This document shows positions 45,923 through 57,932 of a stretch of 64,000 bases of DNA, in pieces. The position numbers and the translations under genes are program-made. A model generated the notes under the pieces. The model was not told the DNA's origin. It saw only the letters and a list, made by a program, of their open reading frames with translations, and did not search any database. This DNA comes from Longimicrobiales bacterium (lineage in GTDB: Bacteria > Gemmatimonadota > Gemmatimonadetes > Longimicrobiales > Gaopeijiaceae). Location of the stretch: NCBI GenBank assembly GCA_963422615.1, contig OY730414.1, positions 1,782,302 to 1,846,301 of the forward strand, given 5' to 3'. The first letter of the stretch is position 1. Each line of letters opens with the position of its first letter.

Positions 45923-46938
45923 CAGCCCGCTCCAGCCCGGAGTAGATCGTGAAGGTGAACGATTCCCAATAGGCCGGTCTCGTCTGCGACGGGCAGCGCC
46001 ATGATGCCGAACTCCTCCATGCGCCGCAGCGCCACGGCGCCCAGCTCATCGGGCGACGCGGTCTTGGGCGATCGGGTCATGAACCGGGAGACGGGGATCT
46101 CGAGGAAGTCCCCGGTTCGTTCCATAAGCCGGGTGAGGTCTCCAGCGGTGACCACCCCGACCACCGCGCGATCCTCGTCAATTACGGGCACGGTACCCCT
46201 CATTCGGGCAAGAGGGACGATGACCTCCCGCGCCGGCACATGGGGGGACACGGCCGGATAGTCGTCCGACTCCATGACGTCCTCCACTTGAAGAGTGAGG
46301 CGTCGGCCCAGAGAACCTCCTGGGTGAATCCGAGCAAAGTCTTCCGGGCAGAAGCCCCGCCTTCCCAGCGATGCGACCGCCAAGGCATCGCCCATCGCCA
46401 GGGCGGCGGTGGTAGAGGAAGTGGGTGCCAAGTCCATGGGACACGCCTCGGCCTTGACGCTACAGTCCAGGAGGACGGAAGCTCGCCGTGCCAAGGGGGA
46501 AGCAGGATTCCCGACAAGGGCGACGATGGGAATCTCTTGAATCTCGGCAAAATCCAGCAACCCGTCCAGCTCGGCAGTGGAGCCGCTCTTCGACAGGAGA
46601 ATCATGATGTCGTCGGGACCGACGATTCCCAGGTCGCCGTGAATTCCTTCGACGGGATGGAGGAAGACGGCGGGGGTGCCCGTGGACGTGAGCGTGGCGG
46701 CTACCTTCCGGGCGATGAGCCCCGACTTGCCGACCCCCGACAAGACGGCCCTACCCCTGGAGGCGGAGATCAGGTCCACGGCGCGGAGAAATCCTTCGCC
46801 AAGGCGATCGGCGAGCGCGGCCACGGCTTGGGATTCCAGGCACAGAACCCGTTTGCCCTCCTCGAGGGCCACGTTCCCCGCCAGATCAGGTGATGCGCGC
46901 GCGACAATACGCTTCGACCAGTCCATTCCATTCCCCAC
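45922..46938 (-). CDS. kdsD: Arabinose-5-phosphate isomerase (KpsF/GutQ)
   Basis: SGVGKSG, HPVEGIHGDLG, EACPMDLAPTSST, HPGGSLG and a CBS pair; start may be downstream (e.g. 46872). Confidence 0.95.
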   Translation of the reverse strand: MGNGMDWSKRIVARASPDLAGNVALEEGKRVLCLESQAVAALADRLGEGFLRAVDLISASRGRAVLSGVGKSGLIARKVAATLTSTGTPAVFLHPVEGIHGDLGIVGPDDIMILLSKSGSTAELDGLLDFAEIQEIPIVALVGNPASPLARRASVLLDCSVKAEACPMDLAPTSSTTAALAMGDALAVASLGRRGFCPEDFARIHPGGSLGRRLTLQVEDVMESDDYPAVSPHVPAREVIVPLARMRGTVPVIDEDRAVVGVVTAGDLTRLMERTGDFLEIPVSRFMTRSPKTASPDELGAVALRRMEEFGIMALPVADETGLLGIVHLHDLLRAGAG

Positions 46939-47452
46939 GGGCCTTCAAGAGGGCTTCGGCGAATTCCCGAACGGCACCCCGTCCCCCCTCTCTCCGGCTC
47001 TGCCAAGTCGCCGTCCGGCACACCTCCGGCACCCCGTTGGAAACCGTCGCCGGCAAGCCCGCCTTCCGCAACACAGGCAGATCCGCCAGGTCGTCGCCTA
47101 GGAGGGCCACCTCGGGCCAATTGATCTGTTTCGAGGCAAGGATCTCTTCCAGAATCGGCAACTTTCGGGCATCGGGGTCCTGGAAGACATCGGTAATTCC
47201 GAGCTCGGCTGCCCGCAGCCCCGTTGCCTGAGAGAATCGTCCCGAGACGATGGCGATGTGGAGTCCTGCTTTCGCCATCAGCTTAATGCCGATCCCGTCC
47301 TGCACGTCGAACCGTTTGAGTTCGACGGCTTCGCCTTTCCGGGTGGCACCCACATACAGTCCGCCGTCCGTCAAAACGCCGTCCACATCCAACACAACGA
47401 GGCGGATCCGCCGGGCCGTCGCCGTGGGAATTGTCATGGGGCCGGACGTCAC
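46886..47452 (-). CDS. kdsC: KDO-8-phosphate phosphatase
   Basis: LDVDGVLTDG, FDVQDG, GDDLADL and GGRGAVRE motifs. Confidence 0.95.
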   Translation of the reverse strand: MTSGPMTIPTATARRIRLVVLDVDGVLTDGGLYVGATRKGEAVELKRFDVQDGIGIKLMAKAGLHIAIVSGRFSQATGLRAAELGITDVFQDPDARKLPILEEILASKQINWPEVALLGDDLADLPVLRKAGLPATVSNGVPEVCRTATWQSRREGGRGAVREFAEALLKARGEWNGLVEAYCRARIT

Positions 47453-48255
47453 AGTACGCGGCCCGGGAAGAGGACGCCACGGATGGCCGTCGCCGCCTGA
47501 AGCAGTGGAAACAACCTGTCCAAGGGGAGCATGTTCGCGCCGTCGGAGGGGGCCGAAGCCGGGTTCGGATGGACCTCCAGAAAAAGACCGTCGCAGCCCG
47601 CCGCGACGGCTCCCCGAACCAGCGGGTCGGTGTGTTCGGGGGCTCCGCCGGTGGATCCGCCCCTGCCCAGTCCCGGCTGCTGCACCGAGTGGGTTCCGTC
47701 AAAGATCACCGGAACCCCGGTCGCCTTCCGAATGCGCGAAAAGGTCCGCATGTCCACCACCAGGTCCCCGTAGCCGAAGGCCGTCCCCCGCTCGGTGACC
47801 GTAACCCGGGACGCACCTGCCGAACGGACCTTTTCGACCGCCCCGGCCATTGCTTCCGGGGAAACCCACTGCCCCTTCTTGATGTTCACCGCCCTGCCGG
47901 TTCGCCCGGCCGCCAGGAGCAGGTCCGTTTGTCTGCAAAGGAAGGCGGGAATCTGGATCACGTCGGCCACCCGGGCGACGGCATCGGCCTGGGCCGGATC
48001 GTGAATGTCCGTCAGGATCGGGAGTCCCGTTTCCTCCTGAACGATCTTGAGGAGGTCCAGGCCCGCCGCCAACCCCGGCCCCCGGGGAGACCCCAGCCGG
48101 GAACGATTCGCCTTGTCGAAAGAAGCCTTGAACACGACGGGTGTACCGCAACCTCGCCCGGCGGTCCGGACGGCCCTGGCGACGGCTACGTTCAGGGCAT
48201 CGTCTTCCAGAACACAGGGACCCGCAAAGAGGGTGAAGGCATCCAGGTCCGACAC
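47449..48255 (-). CDS. kdsA: KDO-8-phosphate synthase
   Basis: AGPCVLE, FKASFDKANRS, QIPAFLCRQTDL, NIKKGQ, TERG, DGTHSVQ, LFLEVHP and SDG motifs. Confidence 0.97.
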   Translation of the reverse strand: MSDLDAFTLFAGPCVLEDDALNVAVARAVRTAGRGCGTPVVFKASFDKANRSRLGSPRGPGLAAGLDLLKIVQEETGLPILTDIHDPAQADAVARVADVIQIPAFLCRQTDLLLAAGRTGRAVNIKKGQWVSPEAMAGAVEKVRSAGASRVTVTERGTAFGYGDLVVDMRTFSRIRKATGVPVIFDGTHSVQQPGLGRGGSTGGAPEHTDPLVRGAVAAGCDGLFLEVHPNPASAPSDGANMLPLDRLFPLLQAATAIRGVLFPGRVL

Positions 48256-48259
48256 CGCG

Positions 48260-50748
<2,489 letters not shown>

Positions 50749-50849
50749 GGTATGCGGGACGGCCTGCCGCCGTCCGTTTCGGCCTTGAAGTTCACGGTGA
50801 GAAGCTATCCGGAATGCGCACTCCGGTGCAAACGGCCAGGTCTCCCTAT

Positions 50850-51172
50850 CGCCCGCGACAGAAAAGCCCATATTGGACGACGGACGACTCGGGGTCGGCC
50901 CTCCTACGCCTCACCCGATGGCTTGGTGTCCTAAGACACACACCCAGAGTGGGCACCGTGGGGCCCAGTTCCCGGATTGCCGCGATGCTGATCCCCGCTT
51001 CCCGAGGGCGTGCAGGGACCCGGCGACACAATGAGGCGCGTGACCCCGGCCCGCCGCAGTCGCCGGGCGTCACCCCGTCGTTTCGGAAGACGCGGGGGTT
51101 TCTCCCAGACTTTCGAAGATCTGAACCAAGTTGCAGGTATAAGGAATCGTAATTGTTGATGACTGCAAACAT
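50850..51172 (-). pseudogene. Degraded anthranilate/aminodeoxychorismate synthase glutamine amidotransferase subunit (trpG/pabA)
   Basis: Frame-hopping reconstruction MFAVINNYDS/TCNLVQIFESLGE/RVFRND/RLIVSPGPCTP/EAGIS..LGPTVPTLGVCL/GHQAIG; at least 5 single-base indels; C-terminal half missing. Confidence 0.85.
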
Positions 51173-51245
51173 GGGGTGCTCCGAAGGACCGGAAACGCGA
51201 ACCCCAGTCGGGATCCTCATCACAATCTAGGCGGAAACCACGAGC

Positions 51246-52328
51246 ATGTACGACAGATGCCTTGTATGCGGCCGCGGTTTTGCCCCCAACGACGTCCTGG
51301 AATCCCTGGGTCGGGGCCGACGGGTTGCCTATGACCTCGGTGAAAGCCGTCTATGGGTGATCTGCACCTCGTGTCGGCGGTGGTCCCTGTGCCCTTTGGA
51401 GTCGCGGTGGGAAGCCTTGGAGGAGCTGGAGAAGCTGGTGAGCGACGTGGGGCGTCCCTTGGCTCGAACCGACAATGTGGCCCTCTTTCGGGTCGGGTCC
51501 CTGGAAGTCGTTCGCGTCGGCCAAGCGGGACTTCGGGAGGAGGCGTGGTGGCGCTTTGGCAAAGAGCTCCAGGGTCGGAGGGAGCGCTACAGGAAACTCT
51601 CCGCTGCGGGAACCATTGGCGCCACGGCCGCCATAGCGGGATCCTGGGCTACGGGAGGCATGAGTTTCCTCGTCGCGTGGCTGCTCTGGGATCAAGCCCC
51701 GACAGCGGTGACGCGGGGCGCCCGGTGGTTCCGCTTCGGGACCACGGCCTGGCAGGGGGTCGGCAAGTGCCGGCGCTGTGGTAGGGCCATCGGCGGGGTA
51801 CGGTTTGCCCAGCGGGGACAACTGGTCTTGGGTATCGGGGAGGCGTCCCCTGTGGTTCTCGTCGGCTGTCCTGCCTGCCGGAAACGACCGGACAGCGGAC
51901 TCCTTCTCCAAGGGCAGGAGGGCAACCGGGTGCTCCGGAGGGTATTGGCGTATCACCACTTTTCCGGTGCATCGGAACGGCGCGTCCAAGGAGCGACTCG
52001 CCTCATCCAGGTCCTTGGGGGACCGGAGAGACTGTCCTCCCGTTTGCTCAAGGACGGAAGGACGTTGAGTGGTGTCGGCGCTACCGGGGCGATCGCTCTG
52101 GAAATCTCCATCCACAAGGAACGGGAGCGACGCCTGCTGCAGATGGAGCTCGCGGAACTTGAGGCCCACTGGCGAAGGGAGGAGGAGCTGGCTAGGATCA
52201 TTGACGAAGAACTCTCGTTCGCCTCCTTTGGGGGAGCGATCCGGCGAAAAATCCCACCTTCGATTTCGTCTTCGGACTTGGCTTCGGAGGCATCCGGTCC
52301 GCTGGCGCATCCGCAAAGAGAACAGTGA
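51246..52328 (+). CDS. Hypothetical protein with four CxxC pairs and a central hydrophobic segment
   Basis: CLVC, CTSC, CRRC and CPAC; C-terminal LEAHWRREEELARIIDEEL coiled coil. Confidence 0.75.
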   Translation: MYDRCLVCGRGFAPNDVLESLGRGRRVAYDLGESRLWVICTSCRRWSLCPLESRWEALEELEKLVSDVGRPLARTDNVALFRVGSLEVVRVGQAGLREEAWWRFGKELQGRRERYRKLSAAGTIGATAAIAGSWATGGMSFLVAWLLWDQAPTAVTRGARWFRFGTTAWQGVGKCRRCGRAIGGVRFAQRGQLVLGIGEASPVVLVGCPACRKRPDSGLLLQGQEGNRVLRRVLAYHHFSGASERRVQGATRLIQVLGGPERLSSRLLKDGRTLSGVGATGAIALEISIHKERERRLLQMELAELEAHWRREEELARIIDEELSFASFGGAIRRKIPPSISSSDLASEASGPLAHPQREQ

Positions 52329-53926
52329 TCGCCTGGGCAATCTCCCGGTCGGCTGCCCTTTCGTTCCTCTTCGGCCTCTCCTTCCTTTCCGGGGCACCGC
52401 TTTTCGGGGCGCCGTCCGCAACCCGACCCCAGGAAACGGTCTCCCCCTACGGGGATTTGGCGGCCTTCCTCCGCTACTTTGAGCCGGAGCGGGCCGCGAA
52501 CCTAGGGTTGGGCGGCTTCGCGGAACGGGTGGACGATCTCAGCGAGGAGGGGCTGGCCGGCCGGGCCCTAGGGTACCGGGACTTCCGGGCCCGCCTCTCG
52601 TTTTCCGGTGCAGATTTGTTTCCGAACGCACCCGGGGACCTGGCTCCGATCCTCGACGCCGACCGGTTCCTTGCCCGCCGGATCGCCAACTTCTCGAGCG
52701 TACGTTCCCAGGCCCGTTCCCCGCTGTACTACATTCGCGCCGTTTCCCGGGCCTTGGTGCACGTGGAATTGAACCCGGCCTTGGGGGAGAGCGAAAGGAG
52801 GCGGGCCCTGACGGTACGCGCCCGACAGCTTCCCCACGCCTTGGAGTCGGCTAGAAGCGCCGTGGTGAACCCTCCTGCGATTTTGACCCGGCAAGCAATC
52901 CAAGAAGGAAGGGAGACGGAAAACTGGATCGGGACCCTCCTGGTCCGCTACGCAGCACTTCCGGAATCCGGGGAGAAGTGGGCCCTCGATCAGGCCCTCT
53001 CCGACTTGAGGGCTGCGCTGAACGGGTACGTGAACGAGCTGGACACCGATATCCTCCCCCTTTCAAGGGGAAGGGAAGGCCTGGGAGAAGAATCCGTCTC
53101 CGCGATCGCCCGTACCTTCGGGTTCGACGGCGTGTATCACGCCCTGGAGACCCTGGGTCGGGCGGTCCAGGAAACCACGGCCGATCTGGACCAGAGACTC
53201 GCGGCGATGGGGATGGACAGGCGGGCCGTCCAGGCGCCCGGTCAACCCCTCCGCCCCGTCGACATTCCCTTGTTCACATGGGAGCTGTCCCGCCAGTGGC
53301 CCGAAGAGGTGGACCCCCGGATCGGGGTCGACTTCGGGCCCCCGCTTTCAGGCTTCCCGGGAGCATTGGCCACCGTTTGGCCCGGGGTCGGACGGTCTTC
53401 TGCCCATAGCGTGCGGCTGTACGCGGTCCGGAATGGCTCCATCTCCCGCGAAGGGATTCTAGAGCTGGCGGTCGCCCAGGCCTGGGGGTACCACGGGTTG
53501 GCGAGGGGCCTTTCGCCGGTTCGTGAAGGTGACGACGTCGGGAACATCCGGCTCCTCATGGCTTGGGACGGACTCTCCGGCCCGGTTGGGTGGTTTACCT
53601 TGGCGACCAGGCACCGGTACAGTTCCGACGGGCCACCCGCCTTTGGAGCTGGAAATCACGCGGCCAACCAAGCTGTCCTCGAAGCCGAAGCCGCCCGTTC
53701 GGCCGCTGGTGTGCACCTCGGGGAGACCACCGCCGATGAGGCGGTCGCGCGCTTGGCGACCATCGCTGGGATCCCCCGGGAGGGGGCCCGCCGACTCCTC
53801 ACGGGTCACCTTTCGGATCCCGCCGACATCTTCGCCCCAGCAGTTGGTTTCGTCCTTTACGAGATTTGGCGGCGACGGGGCGAACCGGATCCCATGGGGT
53901 TCTTTGCAGAGCTGTTGAAGCGTTGA
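52325..53926 (+). CDS. Secreted DUF885-like protein (divergent)
   Basis: Signal peptide; PERAANLG...DDLS, RSPLYY, L.SA...V.NPP and GVHLGE.T.DEAV motifs. Confidence 0.6.
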   Translation: MIAWAISRSAALSFLFGLSFLSGAPLFGAPSATRPQETVSPYGDLAAFLRYFEPERAANLGLGGFAERVDDLSEEGLAGRALGYRDFRARLSFSGADLFPNAPGDLAPILDADRFLARRIANFSSVRSQARSPLYYIRAVSRALVHVELNPALGESERRRALTVRARQLPHALESARSAVVNPPAILTRQAIQEGRETENWIGTLLVRYAALPESGEKWALDQALSDLRAALNGYVNELDTDILPLSRGREGLGEESVSAIARTFGFDGVYHALETLGRAVQETTADLDQRLAAMGMDRRAVQAPGQPLRPVDIPLFTWELSRQWPEEVDPRIGVDFGPPLSGFPGALATVWPGVGRSSAHSVRLYAVRNGSISREGILELAVAQAWGYHGLARGLSPVREGDDVGNIRLLMAWDGLSGPVGWFTLATRHRYSSDGPPAFGAGNHAANQAVLEAEAARSAAGVHLGETTADEAVARLATIAGIPREGARRLLTGHLSDPADIFAPAVGFVLYEIWRRRGEPDPMGFFAELLKR

Positions 53927-54087
53927 GGCACCCTGGGAGCGCACGTCATGGGACAACTTTCGGGAAGCGGGCCTCACCGTGACGATGTTACCTTCCACAT
54001 TCCGTCCACATTCCATTTACTGGCTCCATCTTGGGAAACCCGACCCCCAAGGGCAGCTCCCGATGGCGGCCCCGACCGACGTGACGT

Positions 54088-55752
54088 GTGGTGCCGACAC
54101 TGACAAAGAAAACCTGCATTTTCCGAGCCTCGTTTCTTGCCGTTGCCCTCCTGGCGACCCTCACCTTGCCGCCGCACCTCCAGGGCCAGGACCCGACCCC
54201 TCCCGGGGAAGATCCGGCAGTCCGGTCCCTGCTGGCGTCTATGGACACCAGCGAGATCCGGTCCCTGCTGGCGTTTCTGGAAACCGAAGAAGCCCGGGTC
54301 TTCCTCAACGCCTTTCGAACCATTTCCCGGTACCACCCGTCCTCACCCGAGGAGCCAAGTCTATGGGAGGGTGCCACCAACGGGCTGATTGAGGCGCTTG
54401 ACGACCCCTACACGAATGTCTTCACTCCGGACCAGTACGGCCGGTTCAGGGAAACCAACACCGGGGATTACGCCGGGATCGGCGTTCAGATCACCCGTCT
54501 GGGGGGGCGAGTAACCGTGACCGCGGTGTTCAGGGAGACGCCTGCCGAGCGCGCGGGGATGGTGGTTGGAGATCAGATCGTATGGGTGGAGGGCGACGAT
54601 GCCTCCGACTGGTCTCTGGATCAGGCCCGGGATGCCATTCGGGGGGAGCCGGGATCCGTCGTCGAACTCCGGTTGGCCCGGGATGGCTTCGACGCACTCA
54701 TCCCCATGTCCATAGAGCGCGATAACGTACACGTGTCCGCGGTGGCGGCGGCCTTCATTGAGGAAGGCGTGGCCCACGTTGCCGTCGACCGGTTCGCCCG
54801 GGGTGTAGTCGGCGAACTCGAGGACGCGCTTACGGAGTTCGGCAGTGCACGGGCCTTTATTTTGGACATGCGCGGGAATCCCGGGGGATACCTGGACGAA
54901 GCCCTCCAGGTGGCGGATCTCTTTCTGGCCCCGGGCCAGACCTTGGCGAGCGCCGAGATGAAGAATCACCGGGGTGACGTCGAGAAGCCTGCTTGGTCGG
55001 CCCAGAGCCCGGCGCGGATTCCGGACAAGCCCCTTATCGTGTTGGTGGACCGGTTTACCGCTTCGGCAGCGGAGATCGTCACCGGAGCCTTGCAGGACCA
55101 TGACCGGGCCCTGGTCCTGGGGGAGAGAACGCTCGGCAAGGGCGCCATTCAGTCCGTCTACCCTCTGTACGCGGGCCGCCAAATCAGCATCACCACCGGA
55201 TCATGGTACACATCTCTCGGCCGGTCGCTCCACCGGCCCCGACACCGAGACGGCACCCTCAAGCCGGAGGGGGATGAGAACCGGGAGCGGGTGGCGACGG
55301 CGGCTGGAAGGCAGCTGGAGAGCGGGGGGGGAATTTTTCCCGACCTCGAGATAGCGGACGACACCCTCGCGGCGGAGGAGCGGGCGTTGCTGAACAACGC
55401 CAACCGGGCCCAGGCCCCCTTCTCTCTTCGGATTCAGGAATACGCGTTCGAACTTGCCAAGGAAGCCCTGGAATCGAGGCGGGTCGATCGGCTCCCCTCC
55501 TCCGCCTTTGACGGTTTGGCCGAGAGCTTGGTGGAGGCTGGAATGGACCCGGAGGTCGTCGGCGACCCGGTGGCTCGGGCCTACCTCGACTGGAGGGTGC
55601 AGGTCGTATACCTGAGCCGAGCGAACGCCCGCGGACTCGCCCTCAAGGTTCAATCCGAACGGGACCGGGTCCTCGCAGAGGCGTTGCGCTTGGCGCGCTC
55701 GGTCACCACATCGGCGGAGTTGTTCGCTCCCGCCACCCGAACCGAAGGCTGA
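54088..55752 (+). CDS. S41 family C-terminal processing peptidase with PDZ domain
   Basis: LDDPYT, YAGIGVQI, TPAERAG, ILDMRGNPGG, TASAAEIVTGALQDHDRA, TLGKG and GGGIFPD motifs. Confidence 0.95.
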   Translation: MVPTLTKKTCIFRASFLAVALLATLTLPPHLQGQDPTPPGEDPAVRSLLASMDTSEIRSLLAFLETEEARVFLNAFRTISRYHPSSPEEPSLWEGATNGLIEALDDPYTNVFTPDQYGRFRETNTGDYAGIGVQITRLGGRVTVTAVFRETPAERAGMVVGDQIVWVEGDDASDWSLDQARDAIRGEPGSVVELRLARDGFDALIPMSIERDNVHVSAVAAAFIEEGVAHVAVDRFARGVVGELEDALTEFGSARAFILDMRGNPGGYLDEALQVADLFLAPGQTLASAEMKNHRGDVEKPAWSAQSPARIPDKPLIVLVDRFTASAAEIVTGALQDHDRALVLGERTLGKGAIQSVYPLYAGRQISITTGSWYTSLGRSLHRPRHRDGTLKPEGDENRERVATAAGRQLESGGGIFPDLEIADDTLAAEERALLNNANRAQAPFSLRIQEYAFELAKEALESRRVDRLPSSAFDGLAESLVEAGMDPEVVGDPVARAYLDWRVQVVYLSRANARGLALKVQSERDRVLAEALRLARSVTTSAELFAPATRTEG

Positions 55753-55866
55753 TCCTCGTTTCCCACCGGTGGCGGCCGGCAGCCCCCCATCTCTCGCCGC
55801 TGGTGGTGGCTCGGCAGCGGGGTCGGGTCGGGCGTAGGAACCCGGGTTCCCCAATCCACCGGTCTT

Positions 55867-56793
55867 TCATCCCTCGCTGCGGGGGTGGAACCGGCGGTGG
55901 GTTTTGCGTAGGTGCTCCAGGTCCAGGTGAGTGTAGATCTGGGTGGTGGTGATGTTCGCGTGCCCCAGGAGCTCCTGAACGGCTGCCAGATCTGCCCCTC
56001 CTTCCAACATGTGGGTCGCAAAGGAGTGCCGGAGGGTGTGGGGAGATATCTTGCGTTTGATGCCGGCGCGATGGGCCGCCCGGGAAACAATCGTCCACAC
56101 GGACATGCGACTGAGGGGACTCCCTTGCTGGTTCAGAAAGACCATACCCCGGCCCCGGCCTCTATCCAACCGGGAGCGAACGGCCTCCAAGTACCGGCCG
56201 ACCACGGTGAGTGCCATCGTTCCTATGGGGACCAAGCGTTCTTTTCCGCCCTTTCCGAGCACCAAGCAGCACTCATGGGCAAGGTCCAAGTGCTGAAGGG
56301 CCAATCCGGTCAGCTCGCTGACGCGCACGCCCGTCGCGTAGAGGAGCTCCAATACGGCTCGGTCTCTCCAGTAGACCCGTGAATCCAGATCGACGGACTC
56401 GACGATGCGGGCTGCCTCGGTCTTGCTGAGAAACTCCGGAAGCTTCTTTGCCGCGGCAGGGCGGTCCATGCGTTCGGTTGGGTCTTCCTCAACGATCCCC
56501 TCGGCCACCAGGAAGGCGAAGAAGGCGCGAAGCGCCGATTGGGCTCTCCGGACCGAAGAAGGAGCCAAGCCGTTCTCCTGCAAATGCGCTACGTAGGCGT
56601 GGAGGTGCCGGTGGTTGACCGTAGTCAGCCGAGATCGGCCTGCGTCGTCCAGGTAGGCCACGAACCGATTGATGTCGCTTCGGTAGGACTCGCAGGTACG
56701 GTGTCGCAGGCCTCGCTCCAGGGCGAGAAAGTCCAGGAAGTGTTCGACGTGAAATCGCCGCTGGCGGGCCTCGGCCTTCGATTCCCGCCTCAC
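55867..56793 (-). CDS. xerD: Tyrosine recombinase XerD
   Basis: LERGL..T..SY..D, LPEFLS, RDRAVLELLYATGVRVSEL, GKGGKERLVP and SPHTLRHSFATHMLEGGADL..VQELLGH..ITTTQIYTH; GTGA overlap with dedA. Confidence 0.9.
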   Translation of the reverse strand: MRRESKAEARQRRFHVEHFLDFLALERGLRHRTCESYRSDINRFVAYLDDAGRSRLTTVNHRHLHAYVAHLQENGLAPSSVRRAQSALRAFFAFLVAEGIVEEDPTERMDRPAAAKKLPEFLSKTEAARIVESVDLDSRVYWRDRAVLELLYATGVRVSELTGLALQHLDLAHECCLVLGKGGKERLVPIGTMALTVVGRYLEAVRSRLDRGRGRGMVFLNQQGSPLSRMSVWTIVSRAAHRAGIKRKISPHTLRHSFATHMLEGGADLAAVQELLGHANITTTQIYTHLDLEHLRKTHRRFHPRSEG

Positions 56794-57422
56794 GACGATC
56801 CAGATGCTTCCTCTGTCGATCCCTTGTGACGCGTCTTCCACCAGAGGACGACAACCAGGGCGGCGAGGAGCACCGACGCCGCGGCCAAGCCCCGGTTCAT
56901 CCGTTTGACTGCCGCGACCACGGCCTCCAGGTTATCGCCGGCCGGATAGCCGACAAGAACCAGCGCCCCGTACCAGATGGCCGAAGCCAGCAAGATCGGT
57001 GGCACGACCCGAAGTGGCCGCTGGCGGGTCACACCGGCAAAGACGGGAACCAGGGCTCGGAAGCCCGGGAGAAAGCGGGCGACGAAAATGGCCATCACGC
57101 CCCAACGTTCGTAAAAGGACTCCAGCCGTTTCATTTGCTTGGTCGGCATGAGGCGGCGCCCTCGGCCCTTGAAAAAGAAGTCAGGTCCGTATCGCCGTCC
57201 CGCAGCGTAAACCGCGGTCGCGCCTGCGGTGTTGAACGCCCACACGGAAAGGAACATTCCCACCGGGTGAACCGCGCCCAACCCCGCGACAAAACCCCCG
57301 ACCAAGACGAAAGTATCCGCCGGTACCACGGGGAAGACGTTCTCTAGCGCCGCCCCGGCAGACAAGAGGACGCAGACCAGGAAGGGCGAGAGGCCGTTCA
57401 GAAAGGCGAGGGCCTCTTCCAT
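56790..57422 (-). CDS. DedA family membrane protein
   Basis: LENVFPVVPAD, YAAGRRYG and FVARFLPGFRALVPVFAG motifs. Confidence 0.92.
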   Translation of the reverse strand: MEEALAFLNGLSPFLVCVLLSAGAALENVFPVVPADTFVLVGGFVAGLGAVHPVGMFLSVWAFNTAGATAVYAAGRRYGPDFFFKGRGRRLMPTKQMKRLESFYERWGVMAIFVARFLPGFRALVPVFAGVTRQRPLRVVPPILLASAIWYGALVLVGYPAGDNLEAVVAAVKRMNRGLAAASVLLAALVVVLWWKTRHKGSTEEASGSS

Positions 57423-57428
57423 GAAGGG

Positions 57429-57931
57429 CTACCCGGGGTGCCCCGGTTCTCGGGCCAACGCCGCGATGGCCTGAACGGCGATCCCTTCCCCGCGCCCGAT
57501 CCATCCCATCCCCTCGTTGGTCTTCCCCTTGACCGACACCCGACCGGGGGCGACCTCCATCCGATGTGCCAGCGCGGTCCTCATTTCCACTGCCCGAGCC
57601 CGGATCTTCGGACGTTCGCAAATCACCGTGACGTCGACGTTTCCCACCCGCCACGCCGCACGGTGAACCAGATCTACGGTTCGGGACAACAGCTCCATGG
57701 AATCAGCGTCCGCCACGCCGCCACGCCCGGGGGGAAGTGGCTCCCAATGTCTCCCAGGGAGGCGGCCCCGAGGAGGGCATCCATGACCGCATGGGCAACC
57801 GCGTCGCCGTCCGAGAAACCCCTCAGGCCGGGAATGCCCGGAAAACGAACCCCGCCCAATACCAGCGTCCGATCCGGATCGAACCGGTGCGAATCGTACC
57901 CGGTCCCGACCCGTACGACGGGATGGATCAC
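57429..57931 (-). pseudogene. ispF: 2-C-methyl-D-erythritol 2,4-cyclodiphosphate synthase, split by a 1-nt frameshift near 57711
   Basis: [28 protein letters not shown] and DIGSHFP in one frame; [16 protein letters not shown] and VSVKGKTNEGMGWIGRGEGIA in another; may be a sequencing error. Confidence 0.85.
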
Positions 57932-57932
57932 G

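Noticed and set aside
50846..51223. 125-aa ORF as an intact protein
   Set aside because: It is a mosaic of in-frame and out-of-frame pieces of a decayed trpG/pabA
55867..56793. Tyrosine recombinase as a prophage or island integrase
   Set aside because: The sequence is XerD-type and it is embedded in a housekeeping operon with no mobile context
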